Below are positions 1 through 11,500 of a DNA stretch of 51,369 nucleotides, one piece after another. The notes under the pieces were generated by a model, which was not told where the DNA came from, did not search any database, and worked only from the letters and a program-made list of their open reading frames with translations. The translations under genes were made by a program, and so were the position numbers. This stretch comes from a virus (lineage: Duplodnaviria > Caudoviricetes). Each line of letters starts with the position of its first letter. Positions within the stretch are counted from its first letter, which is position 1. The stretch lies in IMG/VR virus record IMGVR_UViG_3300006164_000012, positions 1 through 51,369 of that record; one strand, written 5' to 3'.

Positions 1-1
1 G

Positions 2-2089
2 CCCCGTTTAATTAATTATAACCCTGATGTGTTGATGCAAGGGGAAATGACTAGGAACCTGGGTTCACCGTTTGTAAGGGGTTATATGACGCGAGGTCGT
101 ATTGAGACGAGGTTAGGTGACGTCGGTGGTGAGAACATAGAAGCGGAAAACAAAAATTTGAACGGTTATTATTTATCCTTTGAAGACATTGAGCAAATTG
201 TTTTAGACCTCCGAAAATTAGCGCCTAGCCTACTTACTTTTAAAAGCTTTGGTATGAATAGTGATGAGTTTAAGTTAATGCCTACGGTACTTATAACCCG
301 TAATAATTTGCGCACGTCCCAAGGCTCGTATTTTAATGCTACTCAGACTTCGGAGCCGAGGTATCTTTTGTATAATCCCGAATACGCGCATTTAACGATA
401 GCGCCTAACCCTCCTCCGCTTGGTGGACAAATTCAACTAGATTTATTGGCTCCAGGGGTTTTACAGTCTAAAACGTTTAATCATTTTAACGGCGGACCCT
501 TCCCTAACTCTAGTATTACAGCCGAGTATAATGTAGAAAATTTTGCTGCCCTTCGTAAGGATGGGTCAAGGTTTAACGAATCCGCCGTTACCCCTACAAT
601 AGCTCTCGTCCCTTCATCTCAAACCATTGTAACCCTCGAAAAGTTATATTTAGAGATGCAAATCGAAGTGCTTGTAAAGGCAAGAGAATCTCTTGGACCA
701 GGTGCCCACGCAATGATAATGGGCGTGATGGATGCTGCGCTAGACACCGACTTCGAGGGCATCTTTGACGCCCTTACCACCGACTTTGAGGCAGGCTACG
801 CTCACTCAGTAGACGTATTTTTGGGTACGGGGAATTCTGCCACTCCTCATATTACGAGGGTTCTTATCGATTTAATTACAGGGATTAATAAACTGGTTAT
901 GGGAGAGAAAGACCCTTTTGTGGTACAACAGGTAGACTTAAACAACTTGCCCAGCGAAACAGTCCTCGCGATGCTTGACCCGGGAGGTCTATTCTATTCT
1001 TGGAACCTACAAGCAGAGGATGAATTTATATTAATGATGGATAGACCAATGCTACTTTTCATTGGTAGAAGCAGTTGGATATCCGACTCCTTTCCCACAC
1101 AATTACTGGCAAAAGTTAATTCCTTTCCTGAGATAACAAGGACAGAACCCCATCTTAAAAATTATATTTTCTTAACATACGGTCAGAAAGATTCCATTGT
1201 AACTGATTTAAGATTTACAGGTGATATAAGAGTTCTCTCTAATATACCGAAATCATTCTATGCAACCAAACAATTTAACAGCCTTAAGTCTTTCTTTAAA
1301 ACCGCTGACCAATCCGAAACAAACGAGATGCTTAGAGATATGGTTCTTTTTATGCATGAGAATAAGTATGCGGAAGAACTATCGACCATTAAAAATAAAC
1401 TTACGCTCGCTTTGGGTACCGACGAAGCTCAAGGGTTGCTTGATGAAAGGGATGAAATTCTTACAGAGCGCGCGGATATAAAAGCTATAACCGCAATTGA
1501 CTATAAGACTCACAAAGAATACTTGGACGTCTTTCCCACTTTAGTTACCCAATACTCGGATAATGAACTTACCGCAGCAGGGTTTAAAAACCCTTTAGCT
1601 GCTCGTAAAGTAGCTAGTATTCTAGGAACTAAAGAATTTACAGACTTGCTATTCCCTGTTAAGACATACAACTTCTCTCCCTTAGGAAAGTATGTTGATT
1701 CTGGGCACTCTTCCCCCGCTTGGGACCAACACCGCCAATTGGACGTGGCAAGCTTCCACCATGATTTAGAGTCATTAAACAAAGCTTCTATGGACGCAAA
1801 GATGAATTATGTTCAAAATGCTCAAAACGAAGTCTGGCAAGTAGAGGTAGCCACTTTAGGCATCCCAGAAATAGATGTTATGGGAGCCGAGTTTTTTGCT
1901 CGAAGAGTTGTGCTTTCTGTAAGCACCCCTCGAGGAGGGTCGACACCTACGGGAGCTCAAGGGCTTCACTGGCTTTCGGGGGTGTACGCCATCGTGGGTG
2001 TTAAGCACGAACTACAACCTTCCTCAGGTTTTATAACCAAGCTCTCCCTTGTAAAAATACCTGCCGCAACCATACCTGCTAATGTCTAA
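2..2089 (+). CDS. Baseplate hub-like protein (T4 gp27 / P2 gpD-like C-terminus), 5'-truncated
   Basis: The frame is open from position 2, so the true start is upstream of the window. The C-terminus (VEVATLGIPEI...LSGVYAIVGVKHELQPSSGFITKLSLVK) resembles the end of hub/late-control-D proteins, and the gene lies directly before the spike. Confidence 0.55.
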   Translation, partial: PRLINYNPDVLMQGEMTRNLGSPFVRGYMTRGRIETRLGDVGGENIEAENKNLNGYYLSFEDIEQIVLDLRKLAPSLLTFKSFGMNSDEFKLMPTVLITRNNLRTSQGSYFNATQTSEPRYLLYNPEYAHLTIAPNPPPLGGQIQLDLLAPGVLQSKTFNHFNGGPFPNSSITAEYNVENFAALRKDGSRFNESAVTPTIALVPSSQTIVTLEKLYLEMQIEVLVKARESLGPGAHAMIMGVMDAALDTDFEGIFDALTTDFEAGYAHSVDVFLGTGNSATPHITRVLIDLITGINKLVMGEKDPFVVQQVDLNNLPSETVLAMLDPGGLFYSWNLQAEDEFILMMDRPMLLFIGRSSWISDSFPTQLLAKVNSFPEITRTEPHLKNYIFLTYGQKDSIVTDLRFTGDIRVLSNIPKSFYATKQFNSLKSFFKTADQSETNEMLRDMVLFMHENKYAEELSTIKNKLTLALGTDEAQGLLDERDEILTERADIKAITAIDYKTHKEYLDVFPTLVTQYSDNELTAAGFKNPLAARKVASILGTKEFTDLLFPVKTYNFSPLGKYVDSGHSSPAWDQHRQLDVASFHHDLESLNKASMDAKMNYVQNAQNEVWQVEVATLGIPEIDVMGAEFFARRVVLSVSTPRGGSTPTGAQGLHWLSGVYAIVGVKHELQPSSGFITKLSLVKIPAATIPANV

Positions 2090-3344
2090 TATCTCTCCCT
2101 CCGACGAAGCCGCTGTCATAGCACGCTCAAAAAACAGCACCTCCACAACGCCAGCTCAACGAGAAGCGACCTTTGGGCAAACAACCACTACACCTACGTT
2201 TGGGTTCGGTACTGTTAAGGGTTGCGGAGACAGTACTAAAGGAGGGCAGTTACTGGTTCTCGCAGATATCTTTGGACCCCTTCCAGTGCCATGTGCCTAT
2301 GTTTCTCCTGTTGGCGGCGGCGGCGCCGGATTTTTCGCCCTTCCAGGTATAGGGGCTACTGTGTTGTGTGCGAACATTCCATCAACTAACCCCCCAGTAG
2401 AGAATGTCTGGATGGGATGCTTATACCCAGATACTCAAGTAATACCTGAAAGCTTTATAACACAGCCCTACGCAAAAACGGGGAGGGAGGTTACCAAGTT
2501 TCATACCCCAGAAATCACCCCCCCTAGAGGACAGTCCGCGAAGGTCGCGGTAGGGGCAGGTGTACCTAATCAAGATGTAATTTATTTAGATAATAATCTC
2601 CCGAATTCATACGTATTCCAACACCCTGCAGGACACTCTTTTAGAATGACTAAGAAAGTTACAAGCCAACGGAATCAAAATGAGATAGTGATGCGTAGTG
2701 CCTTGGGGAAAAGGTTGGTTATAAGCGATGCTCCCGCTGACAAAGGGGGTAACTCGCTACAGCTGTTGGACGAGAATGATAACGGTCTTTCGATTTATAC
2801 ACAGAGTACCGCACCAACTGTCGCAATAGAAACTGAGGGTAACATTACCCAAACGTCTAAGCAAGGGGATATTACTTCAACTATACCCGTAACCGCAAGA
2901 GATGCTTCAATTGAATCAACTAATGCTAGTTTAAATAGTCATATTGGCGTAAGTAGTATCGGGGCGGAGGGCACACTTAACTTAACAGCCACTAAAGAAA
3001 TTATTCTTCAGGTAGGAGGCTCTCAGATAATACTATCGGACTCAGGCATAACTATTCATGCCCCCCAAATAAACATTACAGGTGGCGAGGGTTCAGACAT
3101 GAACCTAGCAAGTACTCCCTTTCTGGACCACGTACACGTTGTTAACGTTAATATACCTACAAACAACTTAGCCGTAACCTCAACAGGTACGGGTGTAGGA
3201 GTTACAACGACGGTACCCGCTATTGCAGTATCCACTGTAGTAAACACCGCTGGTCTTATTACTACTCCCGGAATATCTACCGTAGCAATAACAAGTACTC
3301 CTGAAGTCGCTACAGGTTCCAGCTTCGCTATATTCACCCCATAA
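2082..3344 (+). CDS. Baseplate central spike (gp5/gpV/VgrG-like), no lysozyme domain
   Basis: N-terminal OB-fold pattern (GTVKGCGD..GGQLLV..AYVSPVGGGGAGFFALPGIGATVLC..VWMGCL), beta-strand repeats (ILQVGGSQIILSDSGITI) and an HxH apex motif (DHVH). Confidence 0.8.
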   Translation: MSNISPSDEAAVIARSKNSTSTTPAQREATFGQTTTTPTFGFGTVKGCGDSTKGGQLLVLADIFGPLPVPCAYVSPVGGGGAGFFALPGIGATVLCANIPSTNPPVENVWMGCLYPDTQVIPESFITQPYAKTGREVTKFHTPEITPPRGQSAKVAVGAGVPNQDVIYLDNNLPNSYVFQHPAGHSFRMTKKVTSQRNQNEIVMRSALGKRLVISDAPADKGGNSLQLLDENDNGLSIYTQSTAPTVAIETEGNITQTSKQGDITSTIPVTARDASIESTNASLNSHIGVSSIGAEGTLNLTATKEIILQVGGSQIILSDSGITIHAPQINITGGEGSDMNLASTPFLDHVHVVNVNIPTNNLAVTSTGTGVGVTTTVPAIAVSTVVNTAGLITTPGISTVAITSTPEVATGSSFAIFTP

Positions 3345-3356
3345 CCCACAACACCC

Positions 3357-3363
3357 CTAAATA
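3357..3363 (+). promoter_or_regulatory. Putative late promoter element CTAAATA
   Basis: Intergenic; resembles T4 TATAAATA; recurs before other late genes. Confidence 0.5.
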
Positions 3364-3373
3364 ATACAAGAAA

Positions 3374-6300
3374 ATGATAGAACTAAAAAAAGCAAGCGCA
3401 GTGTTGATGAGTACCGCATCCCTCATCGCAGTCGGAAACCTAATGGTTCAACAAGCTTCGGCTTTAGGGAATAAAATTGCAGCGACAGAAACTAAAGCTG
3501 ACGCTTTAGAAGGAAAATCCAATGTTCAGACTGGCGCCAACGGACAAGCCAAGGTAAACGGCAACGCCGGAAACACGGGAGACCCTGGCACAGTCGCCGC
3601 TGACGCAGGCGGAGCGAAAACCGTAGCTGATGCGGGGTATGCTCCATTCGTCCCAGGGACGGTCGCTGAGCCTCCTGACGAGGGAACCATGGAAGGTTTA
3701 TACAACGACGCGGCGGACCTGGCGGGTGATGCGGTAGGACTTGTTAATAAGTACGCAGGAAACGTAATGGGTCTTTTGATGGCATATAAAGGACTCATCG
3801 CTGGGTATAATATATTAATGGCACTTCTGGAGAAAAACCAAGCCGTTGTAAATGAAAGATTGAATAATAGAGCCGCAGGCACCGAGCCTGAGCCAGAAGT
3901 TAACTTTGCAGCGCTCGATACCGAAGACCTGCCTCCTGAAGTACAGCAAAGCGTAGACCGCGCTGCTGCAGAGTACCGAGACCTTGTTATATCGCAAGTA
4001 ATAGTCCCCCTTACTGAATTAGAGGCAAGGAAAGCAGTTGTGGCTTTACAACTTTCTGGGATAGGCGAACCAGTGCCTAGATTCGACTTAGAGTTTGGTC
4101 CACCTATATCTGCAGCTAACAAATTTATTTTATCTAAAGACGGTTTATATTACAACTCCCGAACCCAAGACGTCCCTACAGTCAATCCCAAAGAAGGAAG
4201 TGATAAGACCTGGGACCTAGATTACGCTTCAAACGTAGGTGGGCGAGGATTAACGTTTACTGAAGATGATACTTATGGAAATTTTGGTACGGTTTTCCAT
4301 ATCGACTCAGATGTTGGTAAAGGGAATCCAGTAGCTGAAGCGTATCATCAATATGACGATGTATTACAACAGTTTAACGATGATAAGATTTCTCAAATAA
4401 CCGAAGTCTCCGGTTACATTACAGAATTACTAGCTAACGACTACAGTGACGCAGACGCTTTAGTGCAGTCATATACAGCACAGCTGGCTGGAGTGGCTTC
4501 TACCTATGATTATAAAATAAAGAAAAGGGGGAAGCAGTTAGATTTAGCAGCCATATACGGGCGGGATAATTTCTTTCTCACTCAAAGAGACCACCCTTTA
4601 GGAGAAGGATTATTTTTTCAATACCACACTCCTGTAGGAAAAGCGTTTGAATACAATTTAAGGTATAAAGATTTAAATGATAAACTAAAATCTCTAACTT
4701 TTCTATCGGTACAGACTGATGAAGGTCCTTCGACAGTAGCCTGGAATAAAAAAACAAATAAGGTTACAGTGGTTCCCAACGCAGAAACAGTTATGGCAGC
4801 AGTAGGTGAATGGAAACAAATTCCAAGGATACCCATAAATGATTTTTCCTACCTCCAGGAGTCTGACATCAGCCTAGATACCCAAACAAAGCTAACTCTT
4901 TTCTCAGAAGATTTAGACACTGTAGTAGCTCCGTTCCAGGCGCGTTACGTGGTCGCACCAAACACACCCGAAACGTACAGCAAGAATCTGTCGGTTGACC
5001 CCATCGGGTTAGGTGATTGGGTAAAAAGAAAAGGGTCTCGAAGTTTAAGCTCCTCAGAACCGCTTTACAAATCTTTAACAGATGATATTGTCGATGATGA
5101 ATTGGTAGTTTGTTACAATTTCTTAGACCCTGATGCAATAACCCAACCTTCAGGGACTCTGTATGCATTAAATAATGCAGCGGAAGGCTCCACGAGATTG
5201 GACGCTAAATTAGTAGGAACTAACGCAAACCTTATATTTCCTTCTGGGGTGGGCACTGCTTACTTTGGCGGAACTATTTATGATATGCATTTATCTGAGT
5301 CCGCCGTTTGGGCAAATGTTAAAGGGTCTTACGCAAGGCTTCCGAATATTACTAAGGATTACGCGACATACAATCAACCAAACAAAGGAAGCCGTGTATT
5401 AGATAATTTATTTTACAGTATGGATGGCGTAACTTTTGATTTTTGGTCATATATACCTAGGGTGCATCGGGATATGACAGATGAACATCGCTACCGGTTA
5501 GTATTAGCAAATGAAAATAGCGGACCTGATTCAGGTCGATATGTAACATCTAACCCCAACAACCTAGAAAATACTGCTACAGATGGAAGTAAAACTATAG
5601 GAATGGTTATGGGGTGGAGAGACAAGGGAAGCCCTCAACACAAAAATAGTTATGTGACAAGTGGGTTAGAATTCTTTATAGCTCCTACAGTAGGACAAAA
5701 TCAATCATACACACGCAACCCGAATAATAGCTGGGGTCATAGCGTGTGCCTAGCAGAGAAATGGGGAGATGTAACCGCACCCACACCCTCACAAGTATCT
5801 GCCATTGGAATGTTTATCCCAAGCGCCACCCTCAACAGAAGCGGTTCCGGTATCGCCGATGTAAGCAGCTCCTACCTCCACTTTAATGTCGCTTTTGATT
5901 ATGAAGCAAACCAAGTGAGGGTGTGTCTGGACGGGGAGCTTTTAAGTACCTCTTCTTTGGTTGATGTATTAGGAGTAGACCCTAGAACCTCAGTCACGCC
6001 CACTGCAGCTCAGATAGGGAAAACCCCTCCCCTACCACCAGACCCCACACGAGGCACGGCGCCAAGTAAAGAAAGTTTTTTAGGGGTTAATATTTATGAC
6101 GAACCTTTAACACCTACACGGGTCCCCTTTCCCGTGTTTACACCTTGGATTATTGGTGGAGGGTATACAGACAACATCCCAAGCATAGAAGGTGCTGATT
6201 ACCGTCCAATGGGCTTCTTAGGCTCTAATACCAATAATATTTACCAACAAACTCATCCCGGAGCTGACGTAGTAACTACTACTATTGACGGTAAGACTTA

Positions 6301-6496
6301 CTTACAAGGACAGCACAATCCACCCCTATCTAATAGTAAGGGGTCCAGCGGTCCCACTACTCGCATAATCCCACGAAGTGGTTTAGATGGTTTTGTTGGT
6401 AGTTTTAAGATTTATGGAAAGCCCCTAACTACTACTGAGGCAAAACTTAATTTTGATGCTCAAAAAGGATTCTTTAAAAATATCTTAACCCCATAA
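3374..6496 (+). CDS. Virion structural protein with C-terminal LamG/concanavalin A-like domain
   Basis: LamG-like motifs TFDFWSYIP, LHFNVAFD..QVRVCLDGEL and GFVGSFKIYGKPLTTTEAKLNF; located in the baseplate cluster. Confidence 0.6.
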   Translation: MIELKKASAVLMSTASLIAVGNLMVQQASALGNKIAATETKADALEGKSNVQTGANGQAKVNGNAGNTGDPGTVAADAGGAKTVADAGYAPFVPGTVAEPPDEGTMEGLYNDAADLAGDAVGLVNKYAGNVMGLLMAYKGLIAGYNILMALLEKNQAVVNERLNNRAAGTEPEPEVNFAALDTEDLPPEVQQSVDRAAAEYRDLVISQVIVPLTELEARKAVVALQLSGIGEPVPRFDLEFGPPISAANKFILSKDGLYYNSRTQDVPTVNPKEGSDKTWDLDYASNVGGRGLTFTEDDTYGNFGTVFHIDSDVGKGNPVAEAYHQYDDVLQQFNDDKISQITEVSGYITELLANDYSDADALVQSYTAQLAGVASTYDYKIKKRGKQLDLAAIYGRDNFFLTQRDHPLGEGLFFQYHTPVGKAFEYNLRYKDLNDKLKSLTFLSVQTDEGPSTVAWNKKTNKVTVVPNAETVMAAVGEWKQIPRIPINDFSYLQESDISLDTQTKLTLFSEDLDTVVAPFQARYVVAPNTPETYSKNLSVDPIGLGDWVKRKGSRSLSSSEPLYKSLTDDIVDDELVVCYNFLDPDAITQPSGTLYALNNAAEGSTRLDAKLVGTNANLIFPSGVGTAYFGGTIYDMHLSESAVWANVKGSYARLPNITKDYATYNQPNKGSRVLDNLFYSMDGVTFDFWSYIPRVHRDMTDEHRYRLVLANENSGPDSGRYVTSNPNNLENTATDGSKTIGMVMGWRDKGSPQHKNSYVTSGLEFFIAPTVGQNQSYTRNPNNSWGHSVCLAEKWGDVTAPTPSQVSAIGMFIPSATLNRSGSGIADVSSSYLHFNVAFDYEANQVRVCLDGELLSTSSLVDVLGVDPRTSVTPTAAQIGKTPPLPPDPTRGTAPSKESFLGVNIYDEPLTPTRVPFPVFTPWIIGGGYTDNIPSIEGADYRPMGFLGSNTNNIYQQTHPGADVVTTTIDGKTYLQGQHNPPLSNSKGSSGPTTRIIPRSGLDGFVGSFKIYGKPLTTTEAKLNFDAQKGFFKNILTP

Positions 6497-6500
6497 ACTC

Positions 6501-6911
6501 ATGGTAACTTACAACCTTCAATACCAAAAAACCGAAAATAGAACAGACATCCTAGGAGTATCATTCCCTATGAAGTTTGAGGGTATTGGCGGTGTACTCA
6601 CCCAAAATGAAAATTTGGGGTCATTACGGGACGGAGTCGTCCAGTTACTAATGACCTCCAGGGGCGCACGTGTTATGAGACCCGATTATGGTACAGATAT
6701 TAGAAAATCCGTTTTCGAACCTATGGATAGCACAACAATCCAAACTTTAACAGGGCAAATAACCCAAACTATTGCAACATACGAACCTCGTGTTGTAGTA
6801 CACCAACTTAACATTATTCCTGATGAGGATAGAAACTCCCTAACTGTCAGTTTAATACTCTCAACAAAGAATGATTTACTTACCACTGCATCAGTGGCTT
6901 TAATAGTATAA
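6501..6911 (+). CDS. gp25: Baseplate wedge subunit, gp25-like
   Basis: LLMTSRGARVMRPDYGTDI..VFEP..IATYEPRV is the GPW/gp25 signature; 136 aa; next to gp6. Confidence 0.9.
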   Translation: MVTYNLQYQKTENRTDILGVSFPMKFEGIGGVLTQNENLGSLRDGVVQLLMTSRGARVMRPDYGTDIRKSVFEPMDSTTIQTLTGQITQTIATYEPRVVVHQLNIIPDEDRNSLTVSLILSTKNDLLTTASVALIV

Positions 6912-6912
6912 T

Positions 6913-8547
6913 ATGGCACAAGACTACTCAAAATTTTTCCAGGGGTTGTACAATACCTCTGGGTTTGACGGTACAATAGAATCTGATTTCTTAAAACTGG
7001 GACAGATTCCTGATGAACGTAAACCCGACTTGATTGATTACAATCTTAATGGTTTTAACGATTACCGCGCAGCTCTACAAAATTATCTTAGAGCGGTGTA
7101 CCCTCTTGACTACAATAACTTCGCAGCCTCCGACCTAGGTCAGATGCTACTGGAAATGTTTGCTTATATGGGAACTACCCTCACCTTACGCGCGGACATG
7201 ACGGCTAATGAAATGTATGTCGATACGGTTAAAGATAGGGGTAATCTTGGGCGCCTCCTCGAACTAATTGGTGTAGCTATGAAGGGACCTACCGCCTCTA
7301 AAGCGACTGGCAAACTAACCCTGCCAATTACATACCCTGAGATTGACGCCGGTGGAATCTACATAACACAAAACAACAGACGCATTCAAATTGTTAACCA
7401 GCGGAGCGGCACCCCCCTCACTTACTCAATTATGCGCCAGCAAGATAACGGAACTTTAAACGTCTTCAGTAAAGATATCCTTATCCCTAAAACAGACTTT
7501 GTAGGTGATGCAGTTAGTATGGCACACGCACCTAACCTTATGTTATTGGAGGGTGTTATTCAATCCCAAACAGGGGTTTTTGGGCAAGATGCCAACCGCC
7601 AGGTCATTACCATTACTAATGGTCCAGTTATCGAAGGTAGTCTAGGGGTTTCGTCTACCGAAAGCGGAGGCACTTATTACAACGAAATCTCTAATCTTTA
7701 TGTCGCCTCAGGAGGAAACACACCTGTGTTTGAGAAAAAGTACAACCAGGATATGACTGCAACCCTTTTCTTTGGGGACGGGGTTAGAGGAAGGATGCCT
7801 AGCCCAGGAGCTAATTACATAGTTACCTACCGCACAGGCGGCGGCGTCAACGGTGATATTGCCCGAGGTTCTTTGAATTCTCCTGTTACTGTGTTAAACG
7901 GTGTAGACAATATTAATGCTAATATTGAAAATAGTACAAAAGGTTCCGGCGGCACCGCAGCCGAAACTGTGGCTCACGCCAAACGCTACGCGCCCTACTT
8001 CTTCAGAACGCAATACCGAGCTGTTACAGGTGAGGATTACAATGCCTTGGCAAACTCCTTCGTGGGCGTCGCAGGAAAAACCGCAAAAGCAATGGCTTCT
8101 TTACGTAAAAACGGTGCAGCCGCAAACGTTATCGACCTGTTTGTTTTAGCTAAGGCTTCAGACACACAACTGGAACGAGCCTCGGTTGCATACAAAAAGG
8201 AACTGCTAGATTATTTCCAGAACTATAAAATGCTTACAGATGATATCGTGGTGTCCGATGGAGTGATTAGAACATTGGATTTAGTTGCAACTCTTTATAT
8301 TGATGAAAGCAATAGACGAAATGCAGATAATATAAAACAAAAGGCAGCAAACGAGTTGCTAAGATACTTTAATGTAGATAACCTGGAATTTGGTAAAGTA
8401 CTTTCTTTAGCTGACCTTAATAATTTTATGTTACAAGTACCTGAAGTAAGATTCTTTAAGATTAACAATATCGATTCCGATATATATTTAAATTTCAACG
8501 AAATTATCCAACTCAACAACTTTGAGTTTAAAATAGAACTAGTTTAA
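6913..8547 (+). CDS. gp6: Baseplate wedge subunit, gp6 / baseplate J-like
   Basis: SDLGQMLLEMFAY, ANEMY, FGDGVRG, YRTGGG..G, GG..AET..AK..AP and QYRAVT.EDY motifs typical of gp6. Confidence 0.9.
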   Translation: MAQDYSKFFQGLYNTSGFDGTIESDFLKLGQIPDERKPDLIDYNLNGFNDYRAALQNYLRAVYPLDYNNFAASDLGQMLLEMFAYMGTTLTLRADMTANEMYVDTVKDRGNLGRLLELIGVAMKGPTASKATGKLTLPITYPEIDAGGIYITQNNRRIQIVNQRSGTPLTYSIMRQQDNGTLNVFSKDILIPKTDFVGDAVSMAHAPNLMLLEGVIQSQTGVFGQDANRQVITITNGPVIEGSLGVSSTESGGTYYNEISNLYVASGGNTPVFEKKYNQDMTATLFFGDGVRGRMPSPGANYIVTYRTGGGVNGDIARGSLNSPVTVLNGVDNINANIENSTKGSGGTAAETVAHAKRYAPYFFRTQYRAVTGEDYNALANSFVGVAGKTAKAMASLRKNGAAANVIDLFVLAKASDTQLERASVAYKKELLDYFQNYKMLTDDIVVSDGVIRTLDLVATLYIDESNRRNADNIKQKAANELLRYFNVDNLEFGKVLSLADLNNFMLQVPEVRFFKINNIDSDIYLNFNEIIQLNNFEFKIELV

Positions 8548-11500
8548 TGGCATCAGACAGCGGACCAGAGCAACAGCATTTTAAAGCGAATTACATAGAA
8601 GTAATTAAGCGTATAGTTCCTGAATTCTATGATGAGACTGAATATAAGTTATATGGGGAAGAGGAAGACTTACAGTATAACGTACTAGCCAAACTTCTTT
8701 ATACAGCCAAGAATCTGTCCTCTTTAATCGACATGCCCGTATCATCCACATTTGGCGGGTCGGCAGGCACATTCTACTCTAGTATACGCTTTGTCCCATA
8801 CTTTGTGCCCTTTAACAAGATGAGCAGGGTCTCTCCTTATGATTATGAGCGTCATGTGTTAAACCCTTTAGGCAAATCCTTTAGAGATTTTACAAACGTA
8901 AGAGATTTTAGCTCTTTTATAATTACGTCTGCGTTACCTCACACGCGATTAAACTCTGTAACCGAAAGATTTGTTTCTGGGTACAGCGCAACAGTAGACC
9001 AGACCGTATCCTCAGTCTCATCGGTTCAAAACGCATTACTAAGTAAATTAGGGTGGGCTTATATGTTGAACACTAGTGGTAAGGTGGTAGACAACAATTC
9101 TCTTGCCCCAAGCTCTTTACTTCTAAGCAGTATAACAAATGACATTTACTTAGGTAAAAATATAACTGAGGCAACAGGTGTATCCATTATCATGAGATGG
9201 ATTTTACACAATTGTTTGGGGGGAGGTTCTAAGTGGTCACAAATAAGACAGAACTATTTACCACCACCTTTTAACGAACTTTCGTCTGTCTACTCCGATA
9301 ATTATTATGCATCAGGCTCGCAATTAGTAAGCGCGTTGGATACGATGGTTAATGTATGGGTAAATGAGGATGACCCTAACTCCCTATACTTTAAGGATAT
9401 TGTAAATGCATCTCTGCTGGGTCTTGACGTAAGGCGCATGGAGAACGCTGGTCCGATGGGTAAAATGTTAAAGGCTTTAGCTTATGCATTTTATGATGTT
9501 AAAGACACCGTCCGCGATGTACAGTTTTTGTTGGACATTGATGAGTGCCCTGAAGAATTTTTGCAATATCTCGGACGTTACTTAGGGTGGACATTCTTTA
9601 CAACGGACCCTGCTAAATGGAGAGAGCAGCTTAAGCAAGCGATTTACCTATACAAAGCAAAGGGCACAAGGCAAGCCTTAACGCAGGCTGTCCAAATGGT
9701 AATACCTTCAGGTCTTTGGGACGCCAATAACACCACCTCGGGTATTCAGGAGATGTACGAATCGTACGTTCCTAACCTGATTTATTATGTTATTAAAACC
9801 GAAACCGATTTTGGAAGCAATCCGGAATCGTACGGTAAGTTGCTTAGGGAGTGGAATAGGTCATTAGCATCTTCAGGAATTAACATGAGGATGGTAAACT
9901 TTGATTCGACAGACCTCGATAACAATGCCAGATTCCTCACAGATTACATACTTCAATACTTAGACGATAAACATAATTTTATTAAGTTTCACTCTAAGAG
10001 CTTCAAAGATTCGGATATCATAAACACGCAAGTAAGTGCCGGTGTAAAATTTCCAGGGTTCTTCCACAGAGGCAAAAGAATATTTGTACCTCCTTTTGAG
10101 GAGCATCGTTTCTATCAAAATACTTTAATAGATGCACCTGTACTACGGGACCTTTCCGCATTAATGATGCGACCTGTAGAAAATCTTGGTCTTAACGTAT
10201 CTTCTAGTGCAGCCGAAAGCCTCTCCCGATATATAACAAATCACACAGAATTAAGAGGAGGTAACATGTTTAATATGGCTAGTATGGGCGCAAACTTAAC
10301 CTTTAAGTTTATGACCTCAAGCCTTAACTTGCCTTATAATTACCAAAGAATTATTAGGAAAGGACAACTAGAAAATATGTCCTTATTTGATGTGTGGAAC
10401 TCTAAAGCTTCTACTGTTAATAGTAAATTCTTAGCCTCATCTATAGATTTCAATGTAGATGGCTTTCATAATTTAGCAGGTACTAAACTAGGCAGAGACG
10501 CGCTACCCTCAATTATAGATATCTTCCGACAATTCAGCCCGTTCCACGTATTGAATAAAATATATGCTGGATTTGAAATGGCTGATATTTATCCTATGTG
10601 GTCGGGAATTGCCGATAACTCTGAACTTGAAGTTATCCAAACTTTACAAACTGATGGAGACCAGTGGAACAGCAGTTTTGTTACTTCCTCGTTCCCTGGA
10701 ACCATCGGCACAGGCATCTTCTCAGGGATAGAGCCTAATATAAAAGACCCTCGACATGGTAGGTGGGTTCCATCCGCAACACTTTACAGCGCTCCATACT
10801 TTTGGAGTGGAGGGGGAAGCCAAGCGGATTTAGGTTACAAAAAAGTAGGGAACGCCCCTCGAAATGCGGGTCGTCGTAGGAGTAATAAATATAAATTTAT
10901 TGGCTGGGCGTATACAAGAGATGGCTTAAACCAGCCAATCAACACCGATTTATTTACGGCAAGTGGGACAGACCCCGAAAGATATTTATACGCTTCTGGA
11001 TTCTTACCAAAAGGATTTAACTTCTCTTCACAAGCCTTTGTAACCACAAGCGGTAGCCTTTCTTCAGTGTACTCATATTACAATTCAAGCGGGGACATAC
11101 CTAACTTTCCAGGGTACAAAGGCAATACGGTTAACGGGTACTTCCCACAACGCGCTATTCCAGATGAAGAAAACAATGTGTCTGGTTGGAACACCCAACG
11201 AGCCACCTTCGGGTCTCAAATATTACACACATTAGCGGATATATTCGCAAGACGTGGCGCCGAGGACAACAGATGGCAATTACAAACTGACGAGAGCTAC
11301 ATTAACTTTAAATGGGGTCAAGGAATGATGCTTCTGTTTACTGCTAATCGCACCACTTTCAATAACCAATTAAGGAATGTTGTATACGCTGGCAGACAGC
11401 AAGTGGGTGATAAGTATGGAGGTGGTTTTAATTTAATCGCTCACGTGTTTGGTCCCATACTCTTTAACCACGCTTTTAATATACCCGGAAAGATTACCAC

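Noticed and set aside
3526-4122. Long antisense ORFs (also 11930-12505, 37474-38073, 48442-48846, 50883-51218 and others)
   Set aside because: They are shadows of well-supported + strand genes, with no motifs or start context.
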